Below are positions 1 to 9,328 of a stretch of DNA of 44,950 nucleotides, piece after piece. The first letter of the stretch is position 1; each line of letters opens with the position of its first letter. Source of the DNA: Clostridia bacterium (GTDB taxonomy: Bacteria; Bacillota; Clostridia; HGM11514); NCBI GenBank assembly GCA_045586685.1, contig JAZNAU010000031.1, forward strand, positions 1-44,950, in the 5' to 3' direction. The notes under the pieces were generated by a model, which worked only from the letters and a program-made list of their open reading frames with translations, did not search any database and was not told where the DNA came from. A program made the position numbers and the translations under genes.

Positions 1-2
1 TG

Positions 3-209
3 TATGACAGATTGGGCATGGAAAATGAATATATCAATATTTTAGGACTTGATATTCCTTCTTTGAAAATTCCCGTTCGTCCCGGCCGTAATCTGGCAGT
101 AATTTTAGAGGTTGCGGCAATGAACAACCGTCAGAAAAGAATGGGATATAATGCAGCGAAAACATTGAATGACCGTTTGATGGCGGGGGTGAATGAGGGG
201 GAGTTTTAA
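3..209 (+). CDS. hprK: HPr kinase/phosphorylase, C-terminal fragment (gene starts before the window)
   Basis: Frame from position 3 reads YDRLG...[23 protein letters not shown], the conserved HprK C-terminus. Confidence 0.93.
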   Translation, partial: YDRLGMENEYINILGLDIPSLKIPVRPGRNLAVILEVAAMNNRQKRMGYNAAKTLNDRLMAGVNEGEF

Positions 210-228
210 AAAAGAGGGGTTGTAAGAC

Positions 229-1212
229 ATGTATATCGGAATTGATTTAGGAGGAACGAATATTGCAGTTGGTTTGCTTGATGCAGACGGGAAAATTCTC
301 CATAAGGATAGTGTAAAGACAAGAGCCGGCCGCCATTATAGTGAGATTATTAAGGATATGGCAGAGCTTTCCAAAAAAGTGGTTTTGGATGCAGGGTATT
401 CGTTTCACGATATTGAGTGGGTCGGAATCGGAAACCCCGGAAGTTGTGATAGCAAAAATGGTGTTGTGATTCGTTCCGAAAATTTGGGTCTTTCCAATAT
501 ATCCATGTGCACAGAGTTTCAGAAACATTTTGATGTACCTGTTTATCTGGCAAATGACGGTGATTGTGCAGCCTTTGGAGAGGCGATGGCGGGAAAGGCA
601 AAAGGAACTGATTGCAGTGTGACAGTAACTTTGGGTACCGGCGTTGGAGGCGGTGTGATTATTGACAATAAAATTGTCACCGGCTTTAATTGTTGCGGTG
701 GTGAGTTGGGACATATGATAATCAACATGGAAGGAGAGCCGTGCGGATGCGGAAACCATGGTTGTTGGGAAGCGTATGCATCTGCTACTGCTCTGATTCG
801 CCAGACTAAAAAAGCAATGGAAGAGAATCCTCATTCCTTGATGTGGCAGGAAGCAAAGTCTTTGGAAGAAGTTTCGGGAAGAACTGCTTTTGACGCAGCT
901 AAGAAAGGGGATAAAACCGCACAGGATGTGGTGGATACCTATCTTCATTATGTATCCGTTGGAATTGCTAATCTTGTTAATATCTTTCAACCGGAAAGGG
1001 TTTTGATTGGTGGCGGTATTTCCAATGAAGGCGAATCTATATTAAAACCCATTCGTGATTTTGTGAGCAAGTATGATTACTGCAAGACCGGTAAAAGAGT
1101 AGAAATTACTACTGCCGCATTGGCAAACGATGCAGGAATTATCGGTGCAGCATTCTTGGGAGCTCAATATTTAGGAATAAAAAGGAGAGAGTCAGATGCT
1201 GGAACAGTTTAA
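229..1212 (+). CDS. ROK-family sugar kinase (glucokinase-like)
   Basis: IGIDLGGT, NDxDCAAxGE, TLGTGVGGG, GELGH, CGCGNHGCWEAYAS ROK motifs. Confidence 0.92.
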   Translation: MYIGIDLGGTNIAVGLLDADGKILHKDSVKTRAGRHYSEIIKDMAELSKKVVLDAGYSFHDIEWVGIGNPGSCDSKNGVVIRSENLGLSNISMCTEFQKHFDVPVYLANDGDCAAFGEAMAGKAKGTDCSVTVTLGTGVGGGVIIDNKIVTGFNCCGGELGHMIINMEGEPCGCGNHGCWEAYASATALIRQTKKAMEENPHSLMWQEAKSLEEVSGRTAFDAAKKGDKTAQDVVDTYLHYVSVGIANLVNIFQPERVLIGGGISNEGESILKPIRDFVSKYDYCKTGKRVEITTAALANDAGIIGAAFLGAQYLGIKRRESDAGTV

Positions 1213-2080
1213 AGGAAATCATATCCATTTTTCTGTGAATGAGCCAATGCATAAGCATACATCCTTTCAAATTGGCGGTCCCGCAGATGTATTCGTCTGC
1301 CCCGCTGATAAAGAACAACTGAGAACAGCGGTAGAGATCATCAAAGAATCGGGAATGCCTTATTTTGTATTGGGTAATGGCTCCAATCTTCTGGTGTCAG
1401 ATAAAGGATTCCGTGGTGTCATTTTGCATCCGGAATTCAATCATTTAAGTGTAAACGGATCGACTATGGTTTGTGGCAGCGGTGTATTGCTTGCCCGTGC
1501 TTCTCGGGAGGCGGCAAAGCATAGCCTTTCAGGTCTTGTGTTTGCGTCCGGAATACCGGGAAGTGTAGGTGGTGCTGTGCGAATGAATGCAGGTGCTTAC
1601 GACGGTGAAATGTCGGATGTTGTGGTGCGTACAGAGTACTTTAATTCTAACAAAATGGAGTTTGCTGTCGTAACGGACCACGATTTTTCTTATCGGCACA
1701 GTATGTTTTGTGATGAGGAGGGCGCTATTATCTGCGAAACAGAGTTGTCCCTGACTCCAGGAAATCAGCAAGAAATTCTGGCACAAATGGAAGATTTGGC
1801 AAAACGCAGACGGGAAAAACAACCTGTGTCATTGCCCTCGGGAGGAAGTACCTTTAAACGTCCGACGGGACATTATGCGGCAGCACTGATCGATCAAGCA
1901 GGTCTTAGAGGGCTTCGTGTAGGCGGTGCTCAAGTGTCGGAAAAACATACCGGTTTTATTGTCAATACAGGGGGTGCTACGGCAAAGGATGTATTGACTC
2001 TGATGGAACAGGTTCGGGAAAAAGTCCACCGTCAATTTGGTGTTATGTTGGAAAATGAAATTTGTATCATAGGAGAGTGA
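1196..2080 (+). CDS. murB: UDP-N-acetylenolpyruvoylglucosamine reductase
   Basis: HTSFQIGGPA, LGNGSNLL, GIPGSVGGAVRMNAGAY, FSYRHS, QPxxxPSGGSTFKRP, VSEKH. Confidence 0.97.
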   Translation: MLEQFKGNHIHFSVNEPMHKHTSFQIGGPADVFVCPADKEQLRTAVEIIKESGMPYFVLGNGSNLLVSDKGFRGVILHPEFNHLSVNGSTMVCGSGVLLARASREAAKHSLSGLVFASGIPGSVGGAVRMNAGAYDGEMSDVVVRTEYFNSNKMEFAVVTDHDFSYRHSMFCDEEGAIICETELSLTPGNQQEILAQMEDLAKRRREKQPVSLPSGGSTFKRPTGHYAAALIDQAGLRGLRVGGAQVSEKHTGFIVNTGGATAKDVLTLMEQVREKVHRQFGVMLENEICIIGE

Positions 2081-2085
2081 AGCAG

Positions 2086-2958
2086 ATGCAATGTCTGATT
2101 ATTACCGGAATAAGCGGTGCGGGAAAAAGTCAGGCAATAAAATATATCGAGGATCTGGGCTATTTTTGCGTGGATAATATGTTGCCCGACTTGATTACCA
2201 GCTTTATCACCCTGTGTCACAGTAACGGACGTGATATTACGAAGGTGGCATTTGTGGTGGATTCCAGAAGCGGTGACCAGTTTGATGTCTTGCTTAAGGA
2301 AATGAATCAGACCGATTTAATGGATGTTGATGTAAAGCTGATTTTCCTGGAAGCAAGTGATGAAGTCATTATCCGTCGTTATAAGGAAAGCAGAAGAAAG
2401 CATCCGTTGGCACAAAACAGCCGTATATCGGACGGCTTGACACAAGAACGAAAACTGCTGGAAAAGGTAAGAGAAAGGGCAGATATTATTATTGATACCA
2501 GCCTTATGAAACCTCAGCAACTAAGAAATGCTCTTTATGATATGCTGGATGATACGGACCAATCCAAAGAAATTTCTGTCAATATTCTTTCTTTTGGATA
2601 TAAATACGGAATTCCCATTGATGCGGATATTGTATTTGACGTTCGGTTTTTGCCTAATCCTTTTTATATTGACAATTTAAGGGATTTTACCGGACTTGAT
2701 CCAACGGTCAGCGAATATGTATTAAAGCATGAGCAGACGAAAACTTTTTTGAACAAGGTTACAGATATGATAGAATTTTTGCTTCCCCACTATAAGGCGG
2801 AAGGGAAGCAACAACTGGTGATTGCTATTGGTTGTACAGGGGGGAAACACAGAAGTGTTGCCATTGCAGAACAACTATTCCAGTTCTTGAAAAAGAATAA
2901 GGTGCCGGTTACGGTGGTGCACCGTGATTATCAACTGGATCATCAGAATAAACGTTAG
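2086..2958 (+). CDS. rapZ: RNase adapter / P-loop protein RapZ (YvcJ)
   Basis: ITGISGAGKS Walker A, FCVDN, RRKHPL, SFGYKYGIP, DVRFLPNP, IGCTGGKHRSV; ATG 2086 after AGGAG. Confidence 0.95.
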   Translation: MQCLIITGISGAGKSQAIKYIEDLGYFCVDNMLPDLITSFITLCHSNGRDITKVAFVVDSRSGDQFDVLLKEMNQTDLMDVDVKLIFLEASDEVIIRRYKESRRKHPLAQNSRISDGLTQERKLLEKVRERADIIIDTSLMKPQQLRNALYDMLDDTDQSKEISVNILSFGYKYGIPIDADIVFDVRFLPNPFYIDNLRDFTGLDPTVSEYVLKHEQTKTFLNKVTDMIEFLLPHYKAEGKQQLVIAIGCTGGKHRSVAIAEQLFQFLKKNKVPVTVVHRDYQLDHQNKR

Positions 2959-2969
2959 GAGGAGTTTTA

Positions 2970-3845
2970 TTGTCCTTTGCGTTGCAGATAAAAAATGAAT
3001 TGTGCGAAAACGGGCTTGGCAAAGGTTGCTGTATGAAGGCAGAATTGGCAGCCTTTTTCCTGTTTGGCGCAAGACTGCAGGAAGGCAGCATGAAGGTGGT
3101 GACAGAGCATGCAGTTGTGGCACAACGGCTTCTCATGCTTCTCCAAAAGGTGTTTGGTGTTCATGCTAAAGTGGAGGTCAGACATCACGCTGTTACCACA
3201 TATCATCTGACAGCAGACAGAGATATGGACAGAATGCTTGAGGAGTTGGGCATTGAGGAACCATTCAGAATTGGTTATCATCTGCTGCGGGAGGAATGTT
3301 GTATGAAGGCGTTTCTTCGCGGTGCTTTTTTTTGTTGTGGCTCTGTTACAAATCCTGAAAAAAATTATCATTTGGAGTTTGTTACCTTTCGTAAACAATT
3401 AAGTCAGGATTTTGTTGCATTTTTGGAGGAATTGGGCATTGAGGCCAAGGTGACTGTCCGAAAATCCAATTATGTGATTTATGTAAAATCAGCAGAAATT
3501 ATTGGAAGCGTTTTGATTTTAATGGGTGCTTCAAGCGGCTTAATGGATTTTGAAAATGTCCGTATTTTGAAAGAAATGAATAATCTTAGCAATCGGGCAA
3601 CAAATTGCGACATGGCAAACATGGAAAGAATGTTAAATGCAGCAGAAAGACAGCTTGCTGCAATTCATAAAGTATTGGAGTATCATCCCGATTTATCAAA
3701 AGAATTAAAGGAGTTTTGTCAAGTGCGTCTGGAAAATCCGGAGGCATCTTTAGAACAGCTTGGTAGATTGATGAATCCCACCATTTCCAAATCGGGAGTG
3801 AATCACAGAATGAGAAAGATTCTGAAATTAGCGGAGGAGATTTGA
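2970..3845 (+). CDS. whiA: DNA-binding cell-division protein WhiA
   Basis: AFLRGAF..GSVTNPEKNYHLE, NRATNCDMAN, C-terminal HTH SLEQLG...SKSGVNHRMRK. Confidence 0.95.
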   Translation: MSFALQIKNELCENGLGKGCCMKAELAAFFLFGARLQEGSMKVVTEHAVVAQRLLMLLQKVFGVHAKVEVRHHAVTTYHLTADRDMDRMLEELGIEEPFRIGYHLLREECCMKAFLRGAFFCCGSVTNPEKNYHLEFVTFRKQLSQDFVAFLEELGIEAKVTVRKSNYVIYVKSAEIIGSVLILMGASSGLMDFENVRILKEMNNLSNRATNCDMANMERMLNAAERQLAAIHKVLEYHPDLSKELKEFCQVRLENPEASLEQLGRLMNPTISKSGVNHRMRKILKLAEEI

Positions 3846-6800
3846 ATGGATTCCTTTGTGCATCTTCATGTTCATACAGAATACAGCTTGCTGGACGGTG
3901 CTTGCCGAATCAGGGAGCTTGTTTCTCGTGCAAAGGAATTGGGACAGATGGCGGTTGCACTGACTGACCACGGTGTGATGTACGGCGCGGTAGAGTTTTA
4001 CAAGACAGCAAAGGAAAATGGCATTCATCCGGTTTTAGGGTGTGAGGTATATACCACCTTAGGGAGCTTACAGGAGAAACCCCGTGCACGGGAATCCATA
4101 GGACATCTTGTTTTGTTGGCAGAAAATAATACAGGATATGGGAATTTGATGAAAATTGTCAGCACTGCTCAACTGGATGGTTTTTATTATAAACCAAGAG
4201 TGGATTTTGCACTTTTGGAGCAATATCATGAAGGGATTATTGCTCTTTCTGCCTGTATGAGCGGTGATATTCCTCATGCATTGTTACAGGGAAACGAAGA
4301 AGGGGCAAGGAAGTTAACAGAGCGTTATTGTTCTGTTTTCGGAAAGAATCACTTTTTTATTGAATTGCAAAATCAGGGAATAGGAGAGCAAGCGGGATTA
4401 AATTCCAAGCTGTATGCCTTAGCAAAGGAATTTGACTTAGGGGTAGTTGCTACTAATGATGTTCATTACTGTACCCGCGAGGATGCTGTAACACAGGATA
4501 TTTTGATGTGTATTCAAACGGGGAAAACGTTACAAGACCCTGACAGAATGAAATTTGAAACTGAGGAATTTTACCTGAAATCAGGTCAGGAAATGGAACG
4601 TGCCTTAGGAATGTATCCCGAAAGTTTGACCACTCCTTGGGAGATTGCAAACCGCTGTCAGGTAACGTTAGATTTTGATACGGTACACTTGCCGGAATTT
4701 CCGGTGGAGGGGGATTCGTTTGCTTATTTGAAAGATTTGTGTCTGGAAGGAATCAGAAAAAAATATTATCCCGTTACCGAAACCGTGGAAAAGCGGTTGG
4801 AGTATGAATTGGATGTGATTCGTTCCATGGGATATGTGGATTATTTTCTGATTGTATGGGATTATGTGAAATATGCAAAAGATCACGGAATTTCGGTAGG
4901 CCCCGGAAGAGGGTCTGCTGCGGGAAGTATTGTTTCCTATGCCTTGGATATTTCAACCGTTGACCCAATCAAATACGACTTACTGTTTGAACGGTTTTTG
5001 AATCCCGAGCGGGTCAGTATGCCGGATATTGATATAGATTTTTGTTATGAACGACGCGACGAAGTGATAGACTATGTGGTGGAGAAATACGGAAAGAACC
5101 GTGTCGCCCAGATTGTCACCTTCGGTACCATGGCGGCTCGTGCTGCGGTACGGGATGTGGGTAGGGTTTTGGGTTTGCCTTATCATCAGGTGGATAAGGC
5201 GGCAAAGCTGTTGGGTCGGGATCCGAAACTTTCTTTGAAAGAGGCAATGGAATCGGAAAGTATTAAGCAGTTGCTTGAAACAGACAGGCAAATGCAAGAA
5301 TTGTTTTCCTATGCACTTAGAGTAGAGGGGATGGTGCATCATACCTCTACCCATGCTGCGGGGATTTTGATTTCGGCAGAAGATACGGTGAATTTTGTTC
5401 CTCTGATTCGTCAGCAAGGGAATGTTACAACCCAGTTTACCATGGAGCATCTGGAATCTCAGGGACTCTTAAAAATGGATTTTCTGGGACTTAGAAACTT
5501 AACCATTATTCGTCAGACAGAACAAATGATTGAAAAACTGCATGGGAAGAAGATCGATATGGAACAGGTTTCCTTGGAGGATGAGGACACTTACCGATTG
5601 ATTGCCTCGGGCAAAACGGATGGCCTGTTTCAGTTGGAAAGTGCCGGTATGAAGCAGTTTATGCGGGATTTAAAGCCGGATTGTCTGGAGGATATTATTG
5701 CGGGAATTTCTCTTTATCGACCGGGACCTGCCAAAAGTATTCCTGATTATGTTTACAGAAAACAGCATCTAAACGAAATTACTTATGCACATCCTTTGCT
5801 TGAGGATATTTTGTCGCCCACCTACGGATGTATTGTGTATCAGGAGCAGGTCATGCAGATTGTTCAGCGTCTGGCGGGGTATTCTCTGGGCAGAGCTGAC
5901 CTTGTTCGTCGTGCCATGTCAAAGAAAAAAGAGGATGTGATGGCACGGGAGCAGAAACATTTCGTCTTCGGTGCAGTAGAAAAAGGGGTTTCTGAGGAAA
6001 CCGCGAAGAAAATTTATGATGAAATTGTAGATTTTGCAAAGTATGCCTTTAATAAATCTCATGCAGCCGCCTATGCGGTACTTTCTTATCGGACAGGCTG
6101 GTTAAAGGCACATTATCCAGCAGAATTTATGTCGGCGGTATTAACCAATCATCTGGATAATTTGCCGAAGCTCAGTTATTACATGCAAGAATGTAATCAA
6201 ATGGGATTGACGGTTCAACCGCCCAATATCAATGAAAGTATGGATGTATTTACACCCACCTTAGACGGGAACATTCACTTTGGGTTAGCGGCAGTAAAAA
6301 ATGTGGGAAGAAATGCAATCAATGTGATATTGGAAGAGCGAGAAAAAGGGGAATTCAGTGGGTTTTATGAGTTTTTGAAGCGTACCTGCTGCGGTGAAGT
6401 GAATAAACGAATGATAGAAAGCCTGATTCTTTGCGGAGCCTTTGACTGTCTTGACGGAAACCGTGCAAAATATCTGCAAGTATATGAAGAATGGATGGAG
6501 CAGATAGCATCTGAAAAAAAGAACAATCTGGAAGGACAATTCTCTTTGTTTGGAAGCACGGAGCTTTCTCACCGACCTGTTTTTCCGAATGTGGAGGAAT
6601 TTGACAGACGGACATTGCTTTCCATGGAACAGGAAATCATCGGGTTATATTTGTCAGGCAATCCTTTGGAGGAATACAAAGGATTGCTGGAAGGTTTTGC
6701 AAAAAATTATTCCGGAGAGATTACGGAAAATTGGAACGAAAAACGCATTGTTTTGGCAGGAATGGTCACCAACCCAAAACGAAAAAAAACAAAAAGCGGT

Positions 6801-7220
6801 GGCATGATGGCAACCTTTCAGTTAATGGATTTACAGGGAACGGTTGATTGCTTGGTATTTCCTAATATGTTGACGAAAGTTGAGCATTTGATTCAACAGG
6901 AGAAGCTTATATTGCTGGAGGGGACGGTCAGTATTGAGGAAAATCAGACAGTGAAAATTTTGGCACAAAAAATGGAGCTCATTAACACAGAGCAGACCAA
7001 ACGTCCCGATTCCCTTGCAGTCAAGCTGCAAAGCGGTCAGTTAGAAACGGTCAAGAATCTGTTGGACAGATTTTCGGGTGGTACCACTGCGGTTTATTTG
7101 TATGTAGAGGATTTGAAACAATGGAGAAAGGCACAACAGGAAAAATGGGTGTTCTGTTCTGATGTTCTCCTCAATGAGTTAAAACGCCTTCTAGGGGAGG
7201 ATAAGGTGCAGATTAAGTAA
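3846..7220 (+). CDS. dnaE: DNA polymerase III alpha subunit (DnaE)
   Basis: PHP HLHVHTEYSLLDG, GPGRGSAAGS, FERFLNPERVSMPDIDIDF, KMDFLGL, YAFNKSH, C-terminal OB fold. Confidence 0.98.
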   Translation: MDSFVHLHVHTEYSLLDGACRIRELVSRAKELGQMAVALTDHGVMYGAVEFYKTAKENGIHPVLGCEVYTTLGSLQEKPRARESIGHLVLLAENNTGYGNLMKIVSTAQLDGFYYKPRVDFALLEQYHEGIIALSACMSGDIPHALLQGNEEGARKLTERYCSVFGKNHFFIELQNQGIGEQAGLNSKLYALAKEFDLGVVATNDVHYCTREDAVTQDILMCIQTGKTLQDPDRMKFETEEFYLKSGQEMERALGMYPESLTTPWEIANRCQVTLDFDTVHLPEFPVEGDSFAYLKDLCLEGIRKKYYPVTETVEKRLEYELDVIRSMGYVDYFLIVWDYVKYAKDHGISVGPGRGSAAGSIVSYALDISTVDPIKYDLLFERFLNPERVSMPDIDIDFCYERRDEVIDYVVEKYGKNRVAQIVTFGTMAARAAVRDVGRVLGLPYHQVDKAAKLLGRDPKLSLKEAMESESIKQLLETDRQMQELFSYALRVEGMVHHTSTHAAGILISAEDTVNFVPLIRQQGNVTTQFTMEHLESQGLLKMDFLGLRNLTIIRQTEQMIEKLHGKKIDMEQVSLEDEDTYRLIASGKTDGLFQLESAGMKQFMRDLKPDCLEDIIAGISLYRPGPAKSIPDYVYRKQHLNEITYAHPLLEDILSPTYGCIVYQEQVMQIVQRLAGYSLGRADLVRRAMSKKKEDVMAREQKHFVFGAVEKGVSEETAKKIYDEIVDFAKYAFNKSHAAAYAVLSYRTGWLKAHYPAEFMSAVLTNHLDNLPKLSYYMQECNQMGLTVQPPNINESMDVFTPTLDGNIHFGLAAVKNVGRNAINVILEEREKGEFSGFYEFLKRTCCGEVNKRMIESLILCGAFDCLDGNRAKYLQVYEEWMEQIASEKKNNLEGQFSLFGSTELSHRPVFPNVEEFDRRTLLSMEQEIIGLYLSGNPLEEYKGLLEGFAKNYSGEITENWNEKRIVLAGMVTNPKRKKTKSGGMMATFQLMDLQGTVDCLVFPNMLTKVEHLIQQEKLILLEGTVSIEENQTVKILAQKMELINTEQTKRPDSLAVKLQSGQLETVKNLLDRFSGGTTAVYLYVEDLKQWRKAQQEKWVFCSDVLLNELKRLLGEDKVQIK

Positions 7221-7239
7221 GTGATTATGCGGAAAAAAA

Positions 7240-7264
7240 GGGAATTTTCTGATTTGTGTCGAAT
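7240..7264 (+). promoter_or_regulatory. Putative sigma-H promoter; -10 overlaps a TGTCGAA (Spo0A box-like) sequence
   Basis: GGGAATT...GAAT with 17 nt between GGGA and GAAT, matching the sigH AGGA-N17/18-GAAT pattern. Confidence 0.55.
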
Positions 7265-7291
7265 ACAAAGGATAAGAGAGGAGAAGTTCCT

Positions 7292-7972
7292 ATGAAGAAA
7301 AAATCAATCATTGCCATAGGATTGGTTCTGGCAATGTTTTCAATGCCTGTTTCTGCTACAGATTCTTTTTTTCAGGTAGAACGGCAAAGTGTAGAAGAAT
7401 ATTTTAATCAGTTTACCCGTGGTTTTACGGATACTGCCGGTCATTGGGCAGAGGAGCAGATTTACGAAGCGGTGGATTTGGGCTATGTTTCCGGTACTTC
7501 TGAAACAAAGTTTTCACCGGATATCCCCATGACACGTGCCATGCTTGTCACCATGCTTTACCGTATGGCAGGCGAGCCTGAGGTGAAGGAACAAAGCCGC
7601 TATTCGGATGTTGCTGTGGGTAGTTGGCATGAAAAAGCAGTGCTTTGGGCAGTGGAAAAAAAGATTGCCTACAGCCAGTCTGAAACAGTTTTTGGTGTTG
7701 ACGGAGAGGCGACGAGGGAGCAGATTGTCACCATGCTTTATCGTTATGCAAGGACGATGGGATATGATGTGAGTAAATATGGAAATACCACTGGCTTTTC
7801 TGACAGTGGTGAAATATCCCCGTCAGCTAAGGGAGCAGTTGCCTGGGCTGTGGCAAATCAGCTGATTAGCGGAAAAGAAAATAATCAATTTGCGCCTACT
7901 GTTTCGGCAAGCCGCGGGGAAGTAGTGGCAATTATGATGAGATTTTTGCATCTGAATGAGGGAGAACGGTAA
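7292..7972 (+). CDS. Secreted protein consisting essentially of three SLH (S-layer homology) domains
   Basis: Signal peptide MKKKSIIAIGLVLAMFSMPVSA; SLH repeats FTDTAGHWAE..FSP..MTRA, YSDV..ATREQ, FSDS..FAP..ASRGE. Confidence 0.88.
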   Translation: MKKKSIIAIGLVLAMFSMPVSATDSFFQVERQSVEEYFNQFTRGFTDTAGHWAEEQIYEAVDLGYVSGTSETKFSPDIPMTRAMLVTMLYRMAGEPEVKEQSRYSDVAVGSWHEKAVLWAVEKKIAYSQSETVFGVDGEATREQIVTMLYRYARTMGYDVSKYGNTTGFSDSGEISPSAKGAVAWAVANQLISGKENNQFAPTVSASRGEVVAIMMRFLHLNEGER

Positions 7973-7973
7973 A

Positions 7974-8141
7974 ATGGACGAATGTGAACGTTGCCTTTAT
8001 GGTGAATATGATGAAGATTATGATGAATTCTTTTGCTGTATGGTGATGGATGAGGATGAGGCCATTCGTCTTTCTCAAAAAAAGCATTGCCCGTATTTTC
8101 GTGACGGTGATGAATATCTGATTGTCAGAAAGCAGAATTAA
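7974..8141 (+). CDS. Small acidic Cys-rich conserved hypothetical protein (resembles DUF6472, from memory)
   Basis: MDECERCLYGEYDEDYDEFFCC..MDEDE..CPYFRDGDEYLIVRKQN; GGGAG SD upstream; abuts SLH gene stop. Confidence 0.8.
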   Translation: MDECERCLYGEYDEDYDEFFCCMVMDEDEAIRLSQKKHCPYFRDGDEYLIVRKQN

Positions 8142-8172
8142 AAAAACGACAAGCTAAAGCTTGTCGTTTTTT
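8141..8172. terminator. Bidirectional intrinsic terminator
   Basis: AAAAAACGACAAGC-TAAA-GCTTGTCGTTTTTT between convergent small ORF and tRNA. Confidence 0.9.
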
Positions 8173-8173
8173 C

Positions 8174-8250
8174 TGGTCTGGGTGACAGGAATTGAACCTG
8201 CGACCTCTTGAACCCCATTCAAGCACGCTACCAAACTGCGCCACACCCAG
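8174..8250 (-). tRNA. tRNA-Pro (anticodon GGG)
   Basis: Minus strand CTGGGTGTGGCGCAGTTTGGTAGCGTG-CTTGA-ATGGGGT-TCAAG-AGGTCGCAGGTTCAATTCCTGT-CACCCAG-A-CCA; cloverleaf, encoded CCA. Confidence 0.97.
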
Positions 8251-8271
8251 TTTTTCAAACCAACATACAAT

Positions 8272-8300
8272 ATTATAGCATTATTCTCTTGTTTTGTCAA
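8272..8300 (-). promoter_or_regulatory. sigma-A promoter of tRNA-Pro
   Basis: TTGACA-N17-TATAAT with extended TG on minus strand. Confidence 0.85.
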
Positions 8301-8379
8301 TACTTTTTTGCAAAAAAGACCCAGAAGTTTTTTAGAATAACATTGTAACAAAAAAATAATAAAAAAAACGAAAAAACTA

Positions 8380-8408
8380 ATGACAAATGACCAAAAAAAA
8401 GGTATAAT
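8380..8408 (+). promoter_or_regulatory. sigma-A promoter of cdaA operon
   Basis: ATGACA-N17-TATAAT with A-rich UP-like tract. Confidence 0.7.
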
Positions 8409-8476
8409 AAATATATAGGGTATTGTAATATACCATTCGATAAATGTTTTTACATTGGATACAGGGAGTGAGAATC

Positions 8477-9328
8477 GTGAATTATTTGTTAAGTCGCTTG
8501 AATTTTTCTATTACGGATAATATCCGTGTCATGGATATTGTGGATATTGTGTTAGTTGCCTGTGTCATTTATTTGTTGATTTTATTGGTTCGCGAAACCC
8601 GTGCAGCCCAGCTTTTGAAGGGTATTGTTGTGGTTCTGGCGGTATTGCAGATTAGTAAATGGCTGCAGTTGAATACGATTTATTACATTTTGCAGAATAC
8701 AGTTCAGGTAGGATTGGTAGCAGTTTTGGTTATTTTCCAACCGGAGCTTCGGCGTGTTTTGGAAAAAATGGGAAAGGTTCCCATTGCATTGAACAATATT
8801 GTAGAGGAATCAGAACCGAAGGATGAAATTGTTAAAACTGTACATGAAGTCGCAGTTGCTTGCGGCAGTCTTTCTGCTAACCATACAGGTGCGTTGATCG
8901 TAATGGAACGAAACACAAAAATTGGTGAAATTATTTCCACCGGAATTGCATTGGATTCTGTTGTATCCAAAGAATTATTGGGAAATCTTTTTGTACCCAA
9001 TACGCCTTTGCATGATGGAGCTGTTGTAATTCGAGGTGCGATGATCAAGGCAGCGGCATGTTTCCTGCCTCTTACCCAGAATAAGGAGTTGAGCAGCGAA
9101 CTTGGCACACGGCACAGAGCAGGGTTAGGACTGAGCGAAGTGTCTGATGCGGCGGTAATTATTGTGTCTGAAGAAACGGGGACGATTTCTCTTGCCAGAA
9201 GCGGACAACTGCTTCGTCACCTGAATCCTGAACGGTTGGAGAATATTTTGCTGGATTACTTACAACCAGATGTAAAAGTCAAAAAGGCAAAATCCTTGTT
9301 CGCGAGAAAGGGGAAAATCGATGATTAA
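8477..9328 (+). CDS. cdaA: Diadenylate cyclase CdaA (DacA)
   Basis: N-terminal TM helices, IFQPELRR, GALIV, NTPLHDGA, LGTRHRA, IVSEETG; GTG start after GGGAG (ATG 8444 alternative). Confidence 0.96.
   Translation: MNYLLSRLNFSITDNIRVMDIVDIVLVACVIYLLILLVRETRAAQLLKGIVVVLAVLQISKWLQLNTIYYILQNTVQVGLVAVLVIFQPELRRVLEKMGKVPIALNNIVEESEPKDEIVKTVHEVAVACGSLSANHTGALIVMERNTKIGEIISTGIALDSVVSKELLGNLFVPNTPLHDGAVVIRGAMIKAAACFLPLTQNKELSSELGTRHRAGLGLSEVSDAAVIIVSEETGTISLARSGQLLRHLNPERLENILLDYLQPDVKVKKAKSLFARKGKIDD

Noticed and set aside
247-990. 247-aa antisense ORF, and the many other short ORFs overlapping recognised genes
   Set aside because: Shadow frames of well-supported genes; no recognisable motifs
3846-7220. 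Intein or intron in dnaE (also checked uvrA/uvrB, clpP, thrS)
   Set aside because: Lengths are normal and no splice-junction or homing-endonuclease motifs were seen
8174-8250. tRNA-Pro as an integration site for a genomic island
   Set aside because: No integrase nearby and no duplicated tRNA 3' end seen in the window
8154-8351. 65-aa minus-strand ORF
   Set aside because: Overlaps the tRNA-Pro gene and its promoter
8419-8434. GGTAT-N6-ATACC dyad in the cdaA leader
   Set aside because: Only 5-bp arms in AT-rich DNA; chance is likely without comparative data
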